A DNA stretch of 62,886 nt, counting the filler, from Octopus bimaculoides (taxonomy: Eukaryota): the NCBI RefSeq assembly GCF_001194135.2. It is 3 parts of 3 records of this genome, joined end to end, with 100 filler letters (N's around TTAATTAATTAA, not from the genome) between each part and the next. Parts side by side here need not be neighbours in the genome. Positions count along the whole stretch, not along the records: positions 1 to 27,506 come from NC_069004.1; 2 more parts are not named here. One strand, written 5' to 3'. Below the pieces are notes generated by a model. The model worked only from the letters and a program-made list of their open reading frames with translations. It did no database searches and was not told where the DNA came from. A program made the translations under genes and the position numbers. Below are positions 11,758 through 24,920 of this stretch, in pieces. Each line of letters begins with the position of its first letter. Positions within the stretch are counted from its first letter, which is position 1.

Positions 11758-12548
11758 GATGGATAATAACACATCAAGAGGCAGAGATCAGGCATCAAAG
11801 ACACAAAGAGTGACTCACACTTCCTCATCCTCCACCAACCCTCCCCAGAGATAAATGCCCCCCCCCCAACTCCTTTATATCACTCCTGGCCTGAACAGCC
11901 ATCTCAGGCACTGGCACCCTTTACATCTATCAGGATGAAGAGGCTCAATCACTCGCTACAGATCAACTACTCAGATACAAGTTAATGCTAACGACAATGG
12001 AAATTACAGCAATGTAACTTCCATGTTTTAAAGATTTTTTTAATTAAATAATCATTTTAAAATAACAGTGTGTATAATCACACACACGCATCACCAGCAT
12101 TTTAACAGAATTAACAATTACTGTTGGATGCATTTGCTGCATATATAGAGTTTCATGGCCACAAACACTGAAGTATATACATCAGTAATTAGATGTCACA
12201 GGGATACTGCCCTTAATAGCTTCATTATCTCAGGTTTATTATTGCTGTTATTGCTTTTTGCATTCAGAAGCAGTGAATTGGTTGAGTCACTAAAGTATTA
12301 GATAGAATGCCTCAAAGAGTTTATTCCAACATTCTGTGTTCTGAGATCAAATCCTGCTGAGGCCAACTTTACCCTTCATCTTTTAAAGGTTAATAAGAAA
12401 CTATCTACACAGGGTAGTAGATTTGCAGAACTTCTGGAGGGTCAGGCACAATGCCTCACAAAATCTGTTTCAGCTCTGTAGTCTGACAGCAACTGGTAGC
12501 AAGTTGTATTGGCCATGCAAGTCAGTGACTGTTTCCTTGGGTAAATAT

Positions 12549-12715
12549 CAGGAGTAGCTGTATGGTAAGTAGCTTGCTTACCAACCACATGGTTCTGGGT
12601 TCAGTCCCACTGCGTGGCACCTTGGGCAAGTGTCTTCTACTATAGCCTCGGGCTGACCAAAGCCTTTTGAGTGGATTTGGTAGACAGAAACTAAAAGAAG
12701 CCCATCGTATATATG

Positions 12716-12773
<58 letters not shown>

Positions 12774-12960
12774 TTCCCCCCAACATCACTTGACAACTGA
12801 TGCTGGTGTGTTTACGTCCCCCCGTAACTTAGCGGTTCGGCAAAAGAGACTGATAGAATAAGTACTAGGCTTACAAAGAATAAGTCCTGGGGTCGATTTG
12901 CTTGACTAAAGGCGGTGCTCCAGCATGGCCACAGTCAAATGACTGAAACAAGTAAAGAGA
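12549..12960 (+). mobile_element. SINE family C, full length
   Basis: Head, CCTTGGGCAAGTG body, internal (TA)n(TG)n at ~12707-12770, and the conserved 3' tail. Confidence 0.85.
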
Positions 12961-13244
12961 GAGTATGGAGAGGAGTGACTTGCATGTGTAAGTAAATGCC
13001 TGCAAAAATTTGCACATACACACCTAGACCTGCATACTCATGTGCAGTTACATTGTCAACCTTGATTGATAGAGGCTCTCTATTTCTCTCTCTCTCACAC
13101 ACATACACCTTATATACATATATATCTACTATATAAATGAGAGCGTGTGTATGTGTATGTCACAGATGTGTATGTCACTGAAAGGCTCACATGCTGTGCA
13201 TCCTTGAGAAAAATGGATTTGATTTCTAAAATCTGTGACATGAA

Positions 13245-13600
13245 ATCATCATCATCATCATCATCATCATCGTTTAACGTCTGCTTTCCATGCTAGCATG
13301 GGTTGGACGATTTGATTGAGGACTGGCGAACCAGATGGCTGCACCAGGCTCCAATCTGATTTGGCAGAGTTCCTACAAATGGATGCCCTTCCTAACGCCA
13401 ACCACTCAGAGAGTGTAGTGGGTGCTTTTATATGCCACCGGCACAAAGGCCAGTCAGGCGGTACTGGCAACGGCCACACTCAAATGGTGTATTTTATGTG
13501 CCACCCGCACAAGAGCCAGTCCAGCGGTACTGGCAACGATCTCACTCAGAAGTCCTAAGACATGCCACGGGCACAAGTGCCAGAAAGGCGACGCAGAGTG
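13245..13600 (-). mobile_element. Family F retroposon
   Basis: (CAT)n followed by cgtttaacgtctgctttccatgctagcatgggttggacg, homologous to 6455-6750. Older copies at ~15595-15960, ~16200-16540 and ~19500-19740 (all -). Confidence 0.8.
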
Positions 13601-13913
13601 CCAGAAAGGCGTTGGTTATTAGTTATGAAGTCTACAGTCTGTTACAAACCAAAGATCAAATTATAGTTGTTGTTGCTGTTTTCTAAACTTTTGCAACAAT
13701 GAATACACTTGTTATTGTCTTTGTATACACACAAAAAAGGAAATAGTCCTGACATGTTTGACCATCCATCAAGGATGTCCTTTGATGATAATTTGTTGAC
13801 CATCCATCAAAGATGTCCTTCACCTGGCACAAAACCACTGCCTTCAGCACCAATTCCCCTCTCAGTTGAGGGAACCTTTGTTATGAGGTGACTCCAGCAG
13901 TGTTGATGTCACA

Positions 13914-14200
13914 TAAAAAGCATCCAGTCCACACTGTAAAGTGGTTGGCATTTGGAAGGGCATCCTGCCATAAAACCATGCCAAAGCAGATCTTACCTGT
14001 ACTGGTGCCATGTAAAAAGCACCCAGTACAATTTGTAAGGTGGTTGGCGTTTGGAAGGGCATCCTGCCATAAAACCATGCCAAAGCAGATCTTACTTGTA
14101 CTGGTGCCATGTAAAAAACACCCAGTACAATTTGTAAGATGGTTGGCATTTGGAAGGGCATCCAGCTGTAAAATCCATGCCAAAGCAGACAGTGGAATTT
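13914..14200 (+). repeat. 99-bp tandem repeat (~3 units) derived from the family F core
   Basis: TAAAAAGCA.CCAGT recurs at 13914, 14013 and 14112; the 33-aa periodicity is visible in the ORF track. Followed by an F-type 3' end and (GAT)n to ~14350. Confidence 0.85.
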
Positions 14201-14283
14201 AGTGCCCTCCCCTGGCTTTATCAGTTCCTGTCACACTGTTCAACCCATGCCAGCATGGAAGATGGCTATTAAATGATGATAAC

Positions 14284-14348
<65 letters not shown>

Positions 14349-17099
14349 CGATGAGGATAACCTAATACAATAGTCATAGTAATGAGATTTTAAAGTTTTT
14401 GAAATTGCAACCATACAGTTGGTAGGCTTGTGTTTTAAAAGCAGACATCGCTCTTGATTGAATAGATAATTCTATAGGATAAACCTATTGGTATGAAAGT
14501 GAAATCAACAAGAAACAACTCCATGTCTCGTTTAGATGAGGCAAGAATTATTTAAGGATCAGCCACAGCATAATTGAATTACTAAATAGTGTTAACTGTA
14601 AAGGCATTTAATCAATCAGCTTTATAAAAAAACAGAAAATTTAAGCAATCATTCCCCACTATTTAGCCTCTTCTCCCCCACTCTGCACTGAAACTAAAAC
14701 TAAATCTAGAAAATTAGAAGTGAAGAATTGAAGGTGAAATTTGAGGAATTACTTATCTTCTTAAAATTGATGAAGAAAATCCTGGAACTACATTACGACA
14801 ATGGTACACCAGATTTTGAATAGTAGTTTTATTGCAAATCTTCCTGAGGATTTGTTTTTAATCTGCTTCATTGTTTTGTGTCATTCTTAGATGTTGGACA
14901 AAAATTTATATTGATTTTAAGATTATTTCTTTGTAAAAGATTGTTCTATCTGAAGTTCTTCAATTACATAAAAATAAATCTTTGTTGGAATTTNNNNNNN
15001 NNNNNNNNNNNNNNNNNNNNNNNNNNNNNNNNNNNNNNNNNNNNNNNNNNNNNNNNNNNNNNNNNNNNNNNNNNNNNNNNNNNNNNNNNNNNNNNNNNNN
15101 NNNNNNNNNNNNNNNNNNNNNNNNNNNNNNNNNNNNNNNNNNNNNNNNNNNNNNNNNNNNNNNNNNNNNNNNNNNNNNNNNNNNNNNNNNNNNNNNNNNN
15201 NNNNNNNNNNNNNNNNNNNNNNNNNNNNNNNNNNNNNNNNNNNNNNNNNNNNNNNNNNNNNNAGTTTTTTTCTCCTCCTTCTTATCTATTGATTCTACTA
15301 ATAGAACGATCCATTTTGTGGAGATATTGTCACAACAATGATTCTAAGTATGGTGTAAGATGAGATGCAGAAAATAACTGCGGATTTAAAGAAATAAAGT
15401 GGGAGAGGAAGAGATGAGAAGGAGAAAGGAGAGAAGGAGAGAGACAGACAGACAGATGGAAAGAGAGAAAGAGAACGAAAGGAAGACGCCACTTGATAAG
15501 CAAGCTGGTGCTGTTGATATCCGTAGCAGACAAGGAATGGAGTAATGTAAAGGCAAAGTGGACGATGAAGCAATGAAGAAATGTTGGGTATGTTATCATC
15601 ATCATCATCATCATCATCATTTAACGTCTGTGTTCCATGCTAGCATGGGTGGGATGGTAACCACAAGAGCCGGCTAGGCTGAAGCGTGCACCAGACTTCT
15701 GTGACTGTTTTGGCAGGATTTTTACAGCTGGAGGCCCTTCCTAACACCAGTCACCCAGCAGAGTGGACTCAGTGCTTTATATGTAGCACAAGCACAGATG
15801 AGGTGAGTAGTGCTTTTTATGTGGCACAAGCACAGGCGAGGTCAGTTTTGGTAAGGTTTATCAGTTTTGTCAAGATTTTACAGCTGGATGCCCTTCGGAA
15901 CACCATCTACTTTACAATGTGGACTGGGTGCTTTTAAGTGGCACCTGCACTGACAGGGTCACCAAATATTTGTAAGACAAAAACTTTTAAGAGGGGAGGA
16001 GGCATTGGAGGAGGTGATGAGGAAAAGGTTATAGTGAGACAGATTCAGGAGTCTTGCTGTAGAGGAAGTACAAGGTTGCCTGGCTGGAGAGAGAGAGATC
16101 AGGAATGAAGACAGAAACAGGTGTGCTGCTGCAAAGAAAGTACGTGGTTGCCCAACCTGAGGGAAGTGCATAGGTTGGAAAGTTTAACTGAAAACTGGTA
16201 AGTCACAGAGCTGCTCCAGGTTTCAATCTGATTTGGCAAGGTTTCTACAGCTGGATGCCCTTTTTTAATGCCAACCACTCCAAGGGTGAAGTGGGGGGGG
16301 GGTTTACCTACCACCAGCATGGGTGCCATTTTCCTGACACTGGCATCAGCCACGATTACAGTCTCACTTGACTTGACTGATCTACACAAGCAAGGTATAT
16401 CACCAAAGGTCTCAGTCACCTGTCACTGTCTCCATGAGACCCAATGCTTGAATGGTGCTTCTTATCTTCCACCAGCATGGGTGCCAGTCAGACAGCACTG
16501 GCATTGGCCATGGCTACGATCTCATTCAACTAAAACCCTTCAAGATGGTTTCCCAGGATGGTCACAGTCCAGTGACTGAAACAAGTGAAAGATAAAAGAT
16601 GAAAGATAAAAGGTATATTGGTTTTGTTTCCTTATATATGGATGAAAATTGGTTTGTATTCCCATGTTTGTCTGTACATGAACGCATTAGTTTGTATTAT
16701 CAATACATCTCTATCTGTCAATTAGATTTATTGCTATCCTGGCATGTTATCTCCAGTGCCTTTGGACAGTCACAAACATCCATCTACTCACAGCATCATG
16801 TTTTAATTAATTTCTCTCTTGCCAACATGCATAAAATTTTATGACTGGTAATTCAGATTTGTCTGACTCAGTCAAACAGACATCATGGCTGCATAGGATT
16901 CATTTGTTCCATTTCTAATTGTATAATTTGGTTATTTTTTTTTTTTATGTTTAAGATGCACTCCAAAGGGTTTGAGACTTCTTCAGGAGAGATATTTATT
17001 AATTTCAAAGAACTAAAAATCTCTAATCCCCTTCTTTCAGAGTAAGATCCCCTAGCTTCAGTGCTCTTGTTGTAGCCCTCTAGCCAAAGGCCCTTATGG

Positions 17100-17440
17100 G
17101 TTTTCAAAATGATCGCCTCTGAAGTTCTCTTTCAGGTTAGGGAAGAAACGAAAGTCACTGGGAGCAAGGTCTGGACTGAAGAGCTTTGGCATTTTGCAAT
17201 GAAATCTCTTCTTGAACTCCCTCAAAATTTCCACAAAGTACCCTTTCTTGACCAGCTGGCCAGAAGGAACCCAGTGGATGTTGAAGATGCCCTTGCTGTC
17301 GAAAAAGTAGCTCATCATAAGTTTTGTAAGTGGACTTGCTTTGCCTGGTCTTCTTGGATCTAGTGAGGGCCAGGATGCTTCCATTAGGCACTCTGTTTCT
17401 TGCTCTCTGGATTATAATAGCAGATCCACAATCATGAGGT
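17100..17440 (-). mobile_element. Mariner transposase relic (catalytic domain)
   Basis: Minus strand gives ...FFDSKGIFNIHWVPSGQ... and FSPDLAPSDFRFFPNLKE (YSPDLAPSD-like motif), with internal deletions and stops. Confidence 0.85.
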
Positions 17441-17715
17441 AATGTGTTTGATTCCCAGTGACATGTGACCTTGAGCAAGATACTTTATTTCACATTGCAC
17501 CAGTCCACTCAGCTGTACAAATGAGATGCAGCATCACTGGTGCCAAGTTGTATAGGCCTTTGACTTTCCCCTGAATAACATCAATGACATGGAGAGGGGA
17601 GGCTGGTAAGCATGGATGACTGCTGGTCTTCCATAAACCATCTTGCCAGGACTTGTGCTTCAGAAGATAACTTTCTAGGTGCAATCCCATGATCATTCAT
17701 GACCCCAGGGAGTCT
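17441..17715 (+). mobile_element. SINE family A, older copy
   Basis: ccttgagcaagatactttattt...ctaggtgcaatcccatgatcattcatgacc aligns with 6200-6440. Confidence 0.8.
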
Positions 17716-17749
17716 TAACCCTTTACACTATATATATATATTTGTATGC

Positions 17750-17795
<46 letters not shown>

Positions 17796-18153
17796 NNNNN
17801 NNNNNNNNNNNNNNNNNNNNNNNNNNNNNNNNNNNNNNNNNNNNNNNNNNNNNNNNNNNNNNNNNNNNNNNNNNNNNNNNNNNNNNNNNNNNNNNNNNNN
17901 NNNNNNNNNNNNNNNNNNNNNNNNNNNNNNNNNNNNNNNNNNNNNNNNNNNNNNNNNNNNNNNNNNNNNNNNNNNNNNNNNNNNNNNNNNNNNNNNNNNN
18001 NNNNNNNNNNNNNNNNNNNNNNNNNNNNNNNNNNNNNNNNNNNNNNNNNNNNNNNNNNNNNNNNNNNNNNNNNNNNNNNNNNNNNNNNNNNNATATATAT
18101 ATATATATAAATATATATATACATATATACATACACGTGTGAGTGTATGTATT

Positions 18154-18402
18154 AAATGAACAAAAAATCAGAAAGCAAATTATTGATATTTCAGGTATTT
18201 CATTAAGTACATTTCAATTGTCAATAATGAAATCGATTGCAGATCATTTCATCAGATGAGAACAATAATATTGAAACTCTTCAATATTATTGTTGTCATT
18301 TAATGAAAGGATTCGTAATCAATTTGAATATTAATTATTGAAATGTACATAATGAAATATCTGAAATATCAATAATTTGCTTTCTGTTTTTTTTGTTCAT
18401 TT
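18154..18402. repeat. 249-bp whole-length palindrome (foldback MITE-like)
   Basis: Outer arms aaatgaacaaaaaa.cagaaagcaaattattgatatttcag.tatttcatta.gtacatttcaat are near-perfect inverses. Centre is AATAATATTGAA-actc-TTCAATATTATT with a 4-nt loop at 18276-18279. Confidence 0.9.
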
Positions 18403-18571
18403 CAACTATATATGGCTCTTCTTACTAGGTTATAGCCCAAGTGTGTATTGATACATCACTGACTGCATTATGCCAGTGTGGGGGAGACTGATGCAGCAGA
18501 AAAATCGAACCCTAATTTTTGATGGTAACTTTTGCACATAACGTGCATCAATAAAAATGTTATGCATATGG

Positions 18572-18795
18572 TGCAGGCATGGCTGTGTGGTAAGAAGCTT
18601 ACTTCGCAACTACATGGTTTCAAGTTCAGTCCCACTGTGTAGCACCTTAGGCAAGTGTCTTCTACTATAGTCTCAGGCCAACCTAAGCCTTGTGAGTGGA
18701 TTTGGTAGATGGAAACTGAAAGAAGTCCATTGTATATAAATGTGTGTGTGTGTGTGTGTATGTGTGTGTGTGTGTGTGTGTGTGTNNNNNNNNNN

Positions 18796-18839
<44 letters not shown>

Positions 18840-19450
18840 TGTGTGTGAGTGTGTATATACGTGTGTGTTTGTCCACCACCCATCACCGCTTGACAACTGG
18901 TGTTGGCATATTAATGTCTCTGTAACTTTGCGATTCAGCCAAAGAGACTGATGGAATAAGTACTAGACTTAAGAAATAAATCCTGGGGGTCGATTTGTTC
19001 AACTAAAACCCTTCAAGGCAGTGCTCCAGCATGGCTCCTGTCAAATGACTGAAATAAGTAAAAGAATAAAAGAAAAGAATATCTGCTGCGTGGCACTTTG
19101 GGCAAGTGTCTTCAACTATAGCCTCGGGCGAACCAAAGCCTTGTGAGTGGATTTGGTAGACGGAAACAGAAAAGAAGCCCATCGAATATATATATGTATA
19201 TATATATATGTATATATATATATGTATGTGTGTGTGTATGTTTGTGTGTCTGTGTTTGTCCTCCAACATCGCTTGACAACTGATGCTGGTGTGTTTATGT
19301 CCCCGTGACTTAGCAGTTTGGCAAAAGAGAACAATAGAATAAGTACTAGGCTTAGAAAGAATAAGTCCTGGGGTTGATTTGCTCGACTAAAGGCGGTGCT
19401 CCAGCATGGCCGCAGTCAAATGATTGAAACAAGTAAAAGAGTAAAAAGAG
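18572..19450 (+). mobile_element. Two head-to-tail SINE family C copies (18572-19078 full length; 19085-19450 5'-truncated)
   Basis: Both have the GGCAAGTGTCTTC body, an internal microsatellite and the GGTGCTCCAGCATGGC...GAAACAAGTAAAAGA tail. Confidence 0.85.
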
Positions 19451-20009
19451 AGTATACATACATATATAACTATATATGTATATGTATATATGTGTGTGTT
19501 TCATCATCATCATCATCATCATCATTGTTTAATGTCTGTTTTCCATAATGGGATGGGTTGGACAACTTGATGGGAACTGGTAATCCAGAAGGTTACGCCA
19601 AGCTCTGCTCTCTGCTTTGGCATGGTTTCTATAGATTGGATGCCCTTCCTAGCACCAGTCACTTTACAGAGTGTACTAGTTGCTTTTTTTTTACATGATA
19701 CCAGCACCAGTGAGATGGCCAAGTAGTTTGTGAGACAAGACCATCTCAACTGAGTTGGGGGAGTAGTATTAAGGGAGGCGGTTTTGTGCCTGGTGATGAG
19801 AGGTTAAAGTATGACAGAGAGACACAAACAAGTGTCTTGTAGTAGAGTATATATTATATATTCCAGTAAGAAAAAGGGGAGAGAGGAGGCAGAAAGAGAG
19901 ATGATGGTAAAGAAGATGTCAGAGCATACCCACAAGTTACATGGAACCATGTATAAGTGTATAAGTGATTAAATACACACACACACACACACACATATGT
20001 ATCTACATA

Positions 20010-20225
20010 CACAAGTGGGTACCCAAAAGAAACCAGAATTTTGCAACATTATTTTATTCACTTAGTTTTACATGTTACATGTTTTACAAGTTTACCCTTT
20101 TATCGCCATAGTTTTACATGTTTACCCTTTTATCGCCTTCAAAGTATTCTCCATTTGAAGCAATGCCCCTGCCCAGAAGTATTTCCCACTGTTCAAAGCA
20201 GTCCTGGAAGCCTCTTCAGAAGCAG
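20010..20225 (-). mobile_element. Mariner 3' end relic with TIR
   Basis: TA followed by cacaagtgggtacccaaaagaaaccagaatt (TIR-like). Minus frame reads FQDCFEQWEILLGRGIASNGEYFEGDK, a mariner C-terminus. Confidence 0.7.
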
Positions 20226-20355
20226 AAATCAATTCTATGCTCTTTAATTAGAAAATAAAATTGTTAAAGACTGTTTTGAAAGGAAACAATTATATATTGG
20301 AACTGGAGTCCCTATATTACCAACAAACATTTCCGAAATGCAATTTAATCTAAAC

Positions 20356-20699
20356 CAGTGGTTCTCAACAAGAGTCCCTATGACCCCTGGGGTCTCATAT
20401 AATATTTTGGGGGCCCACACAAGCAAAATAGTAAATTGGTGATCCACAGTAGTATTTTAAGGGCCCCTGAAAAAATATTTTGATTTTGATGTATTTATGG
20501 TAAGAAACAGATTTCTTTCTCTAACATTTAACATAGTTCAGCCTACGCAAGTTAATGTGTGAAAAGCAAAATAAGAGTTTTTGAAAGAAGCATCTATAAA
20601 ATTAGTTTTTAAACTTCGAGTGGTGATATGGGTCCAGTAAAATAAAATAGTAATCAAAGGTGTCCATAAGTAAAAAAATGGTTGAGAATCGAATTACAG
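20356..20699. mobile_element. hAT (Charlie-like) MITE
   Basis: Starts CAGTGGTTCTCAAC and ends with a degenerate GGTTGAGAATC...; flanks atctaaac/atctgaac resemble an 8-bp TSD. Confidence 0.6.
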
Positions 20700-20983
20700 A
20701 TCTGAACCAATCTAAGACGATTCCCGTGAATAGTTCTTTTTATCAGTTTAATAGTTTATCACTGTTAGGTATCAGATTTATTGTTATTCTCTTGCTGAAC
20801 CCATTAAAACCACACTCAGTGTCAACCATGATACTCTTTGGAAAAAGTATGTCCCTTACGCAATCTCCCTTTTCCCACCGTCTCCGCATAAAAGTGAGGT
20901 TTCAGGCCGTTATCAAGTGATATATATGCACACGCATACGCACACACATTTTTAGACTGAGAGAAGGATGAACCCTCAAGACA

Positions 20984-21088
20984 GGGATCTATTTCAAAAC
21001 GGGGTCACCAGTATTTTCTTAATGCGGTACCAAAAACACTACATAAAACATAAATGAAAACTGGTGCCCCCGTTTTGAAATAGATCCC
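20984..21088. repeat. 105-bp hairpin with 29-bp arms (28/29 match)
   Basis: gggatctatttcaaaacggggtcaccagt ... actggtgcccccgttttgaaatagatccc. Confidence 0.85.
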
Positions 21089-21855
21089 AAGATAGTTATA
21101 CAATGGGTACCGACAGAGGGGCAAAGAAAGAGAGAGAAGATCCAAGAAGATCTTGTGCATCACATTTTAAGGCCTGGAGCAACTTAGCATCAACCTGGCA
21201 AGATGCAAGCGACTACGCCCATAACTGGGGTTATTGCATATGTCTTGCTGACCAACGTACAAGCCAACTAAGACTAAGACACACACATGTGTAGTACTAC
21301 AGCGCATTACTTCCGCATGGAAGTATTTTTAATGAACGTGCGTCTAATAAAATATTCTCACTGATTTATTGACTCTTTAAAATATGTATTTGCACAAAAA
21401 TGCCTTCAGAAATATAGAAATAAACTGAAACAACAAATAAACGACAAAATCACTATTTGTTGTGAAGAAAACCTTATTTAGCAGACGAGTTCCGCTGCTG
21501 GTCTGTTATAAACAGGGACATGTTGCACTCTCAACACCGCCTTATTCCGTCTCACAACAACTTTTCTTCGCCAATTATTATTACGTTTATTATTATTATC
21601 GCATTTTCCTTCATATTTATTTTCTTTTAAATTAATTCACTTGCCACTGTTGTTGAAAGTAACCAGACGACTTATAACGCTTCAATATACGTAAGTACAT
21701 AAATATTTCGATGGGTTTCATTTCAAATGTTTGCTATCGATTACTTCGACTTTCGTAGGTGTGCAGGTGGCCTGCACACGTGCATGTCTGGTTGAGTGTA
21801 ATTGCATGTATGCAAGTGTTGTGTGCGTGTATGTATACATGTTTGTATGAGTATT

Positions 21856-21944
<89 letters not shown>

Positions 21945-23409
21945 GTTTTAGTAAACAAAATTTAGTAATGTGTTGAAAGCATGGAGAGAGGGAGATTGCC
22001 CTTCGGTAACATCATGTTAATTGATATATGTAGTTTGCTTTCTTAGTTCAAATTCTGCCTAGGCCGGCTTTGCCTTTTATCGTTTCTGGGTCGATAAAAT
22101 AAGTACCAGTGAAATACTAAGGTCAATGTAATTAATTTATACCCTCTCCTAAAATTGCGGGTCTTGCGCCAATAATTCGAAACCAATTAATATAAGCACT
22201 TGGCGGATAGCGTGCTTAAAGCAGAATTCAGCCAAGCACTTTAGAATGGAGGAAATTTTTAAAAAATAGGATAACGTACTTCCCTATTTTGGTTTTATAC
22301 TTTTTGTCTTGTTTTAATACTCACAAGAATATCAAAACACGAAGGAAAATTTCATGTTTACAAATCGTTTTTTGAAAGTTAAAGCATTATTTACGAAAAA
22401 AAAATACAGGCCGAACTCTCATAAAATAAAGCTTTTAGTTGTTTTACTTCTTACATTTATTCTTAAAAAAAAAAATTATTTAAAAATCATNNNNNNNNNN
22501 NNNNNNNNNNNNNNNNNNNNNNNNNNNNNNNNNNNNNNNNNNNNNNNNNNNNNNNNNNNNNNNNNNNNNNNNNNNNNNNNNNNNNNNNNNNNNNNNNNNN
22601 NNNNNNNNNNNNNNNNNNNNNNNNNNNNNNNNNNNNNNNNNNNNNNNNNNNNNNNNNNNNNNNNNNNNNNNNNNNNNNNNNNNNNNNNNNNNNNNNNNNN
22701 NNNNNNNNNNNNNNNNNNNNNNNNNNNNNNNNNNNNNNNNNNNNNNNNNNNNNNNNNNNNNNNNNNNNNNNNNNNNNNNNNNNNNNNNNNNNNNNNNNNN
22801 NNNNNNNNNNNNNNNNNNNNNNNNNNNNNNNNNNNNNNNNNNNNNNNNNNNNNNNNNNNNNNNNNNNNNNNNNNNNNNNNNNNNNNNNNNNNNNNNNNNN
22901 NNNNNNNNNNNNNNNNNNNNNNNNNNNNNNNNNNNNNNNNNNNNNNNNNNNNNNNNNNNNNNNNNNNNNNNNNNNNNNNNNNNNNNNNNNNNNNNNNNNN
23001 NNNNNNNNNNNNNNNNNNNNNNNNNNNNNNNNNNNNNNNNNNNNNNNNNNNNNNNNNNNNNNNNNNNNNNNNNNNNNNNNNNNNNNNNNNNNNNNNNNNN
23101 NNNNNNNNNNNNNNNNNNNNNNNNNNNNNNNNNNNNNNNNNNNNNNNNNNNNNNNNNNNNNNNNNNNNNNNNNNNNNNNNNNNNNNNNNNNNNNNNNNNN
23201 NNNNNNNNNNNNNNNNNNNNNNNNNNNNNNNNNNNNNNNNNNNNNNNNNNNNNNNNNNNNNNNNNNNNNNNNNNNNNNNNNNNNNNNNNNNNNNNNNNNN
23301 NNNNNNNNNNNNNNNNNNNNNNNNNNNNNNNNNNNNNNNNNNNNNNNNNNNNNNNNNNNNNNNNNNNNNNNNNNNNNNNNNNNNNNNNNNNNNNNNNNNN
23401 NNNNNNNNN

Positions 23410-24150
23410 ATACTCCCATGGTATGTGACCAAATGAAGTTTATTTTTCCACTTAATCCCTCTTTCAGTCCACATACTTCTCCCCTCAGTGTTGCAGTGCT
23501 TGGTTCCCATTGGTGAAGGAACTTTCATCCTGTTGGTCAAAAAAGTCATCAACAGCAGACATGAAGTCATCATCAGTGTGATACTGGTTCCCAGCCAAGT
23601 GTTTTTTCAGGTGGGGGAACAGATGATAGGGAGGCTGATCAAACAGTTCAAAGTCAGTCACACACAGCAGCCATTGAAAGCAAGGACTTATATGCTGAGT
23701 ATTGTCCTAATGAAACAAGACCTCTTTTGCATCCCAAGAAACTGCGGCCATCACTTTCTCTGCACATGAAACAACCTTGGCCTTCTTTGGAGCTGATGAG
23801 GAGGAGTATTTCTACTGCATGGATTGTCTCTTTGTCTCTTGCTCAAAATGATGAACCCAACACTCATCTTGGGTTAAGAAACCCTCAAGGAAACCAGCTG
23901 GATCTACCGCAAACAATGTCAGATTTTCCTGTTATGTGATTAGTCTGGTGTACTTTTGATCAGGTGTCAGAGGACATGGTGCCCATCAAGAAGAAGCCTT
24001 CATCATGGCAAGTTCATTGGGCTGAATATTCTCAACAGTCTCATGGGATATACTAATAGCATTGGCTATTTGAGTTAAAGTCAATCACTTGTCATCCATC
24101 ACCAAGTGGTGAACACAATCAATTGTCCTCAATGTGGTGGCAGTTTTAGG
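23410..24150 (-). mobile_element. Decayed mariner transposon
   Basis: Minus strand gives HTH region RVHHLVMDD..LTLTQIANAISISHETVENI, TQDECWVHHFEQETKRQSMQ, and HLFPHLKKHLAGNQYHTDDDFMSAVDDFFDQQD, with many stops. Confidence 0.85.
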
Positions 24151-24414
24151 ACATCTTAAAAATAATGGTTTCAAATTTTGGCATAGGGCCAGGAGTTTTT
24201 GATGGGAGAGGAAGTCGATAAACTTGACACTGAAGTTCAACTAGTACTTAGTTTATCAGTCCCGAAAGGGTGAAAAGCAAAGTTGACTTCAGCAGAAATT
24301 GAACTCAAAACATAAAGATGAATGAAATGCCACTAAGCATTTTCTCCAGCATGCTAATGATTCTGCCCGTTCACTGCCTTTGTCCAACATTATAATAATA
24401 TTGTTTAAGAATGG

Positions 24415-24805
24415 GTGCAGGCATGGCTGTGTGGCGAGAAACTTGCATCCCAACCACTTGGTTTTAGGTCCAGTCTCACTGCATAGCACCTTGGGTAAGT
24501 GTCTTCTACTATAGCCTCAGGGCTGACAAAAGCCTTGTGAGTGGATTTGGTAGACAGAAACTGATAGAAACCTGTAGTATATATATTGTGTGTTTGTGTT
24601 TGTCCTCACCACTGCTTGACAACCAGTGTTGATGTATTTATGTCCTCATAACTTAGCAGTTTGATGAAAAAGATCAATAGAATAAGTACCAGGCTTTAAA
24701 AAAATAAAAAAGTACTGGGGTTGATTCATTTGACTAAAAATTGTCCAAGGCAGTGCTCCAGCATGGCCTCAGTCAAAGGACTGGAACAAATAAAAGGGTA
24801 AAAGA
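24415..24805 (+). mobile_element. SINE family C
   Basis: gcaggcatggctgtgtgg head through cagcatggcctcagtcaaaggactggaacaaataaaag tail. Confidence 0.8.
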
Positions 24806-24920
24806 ATATACTTAAACTCCATTACTTTTGCTCATTCATAACTGTTTCTGCCAAGATGGTTGTGGAGCACCCTTGCTTTCCCCACTGGCCACTTCAAGGT
24901 GTTTCTTTGAAATTAGTGCT

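Noticed and set aside
13914-14200. Regular repeats considered as a CRISPR-like array
   Set aside because: Contiguous 99-bp units with no unique spacers, eukaryotic context and no cas genes.
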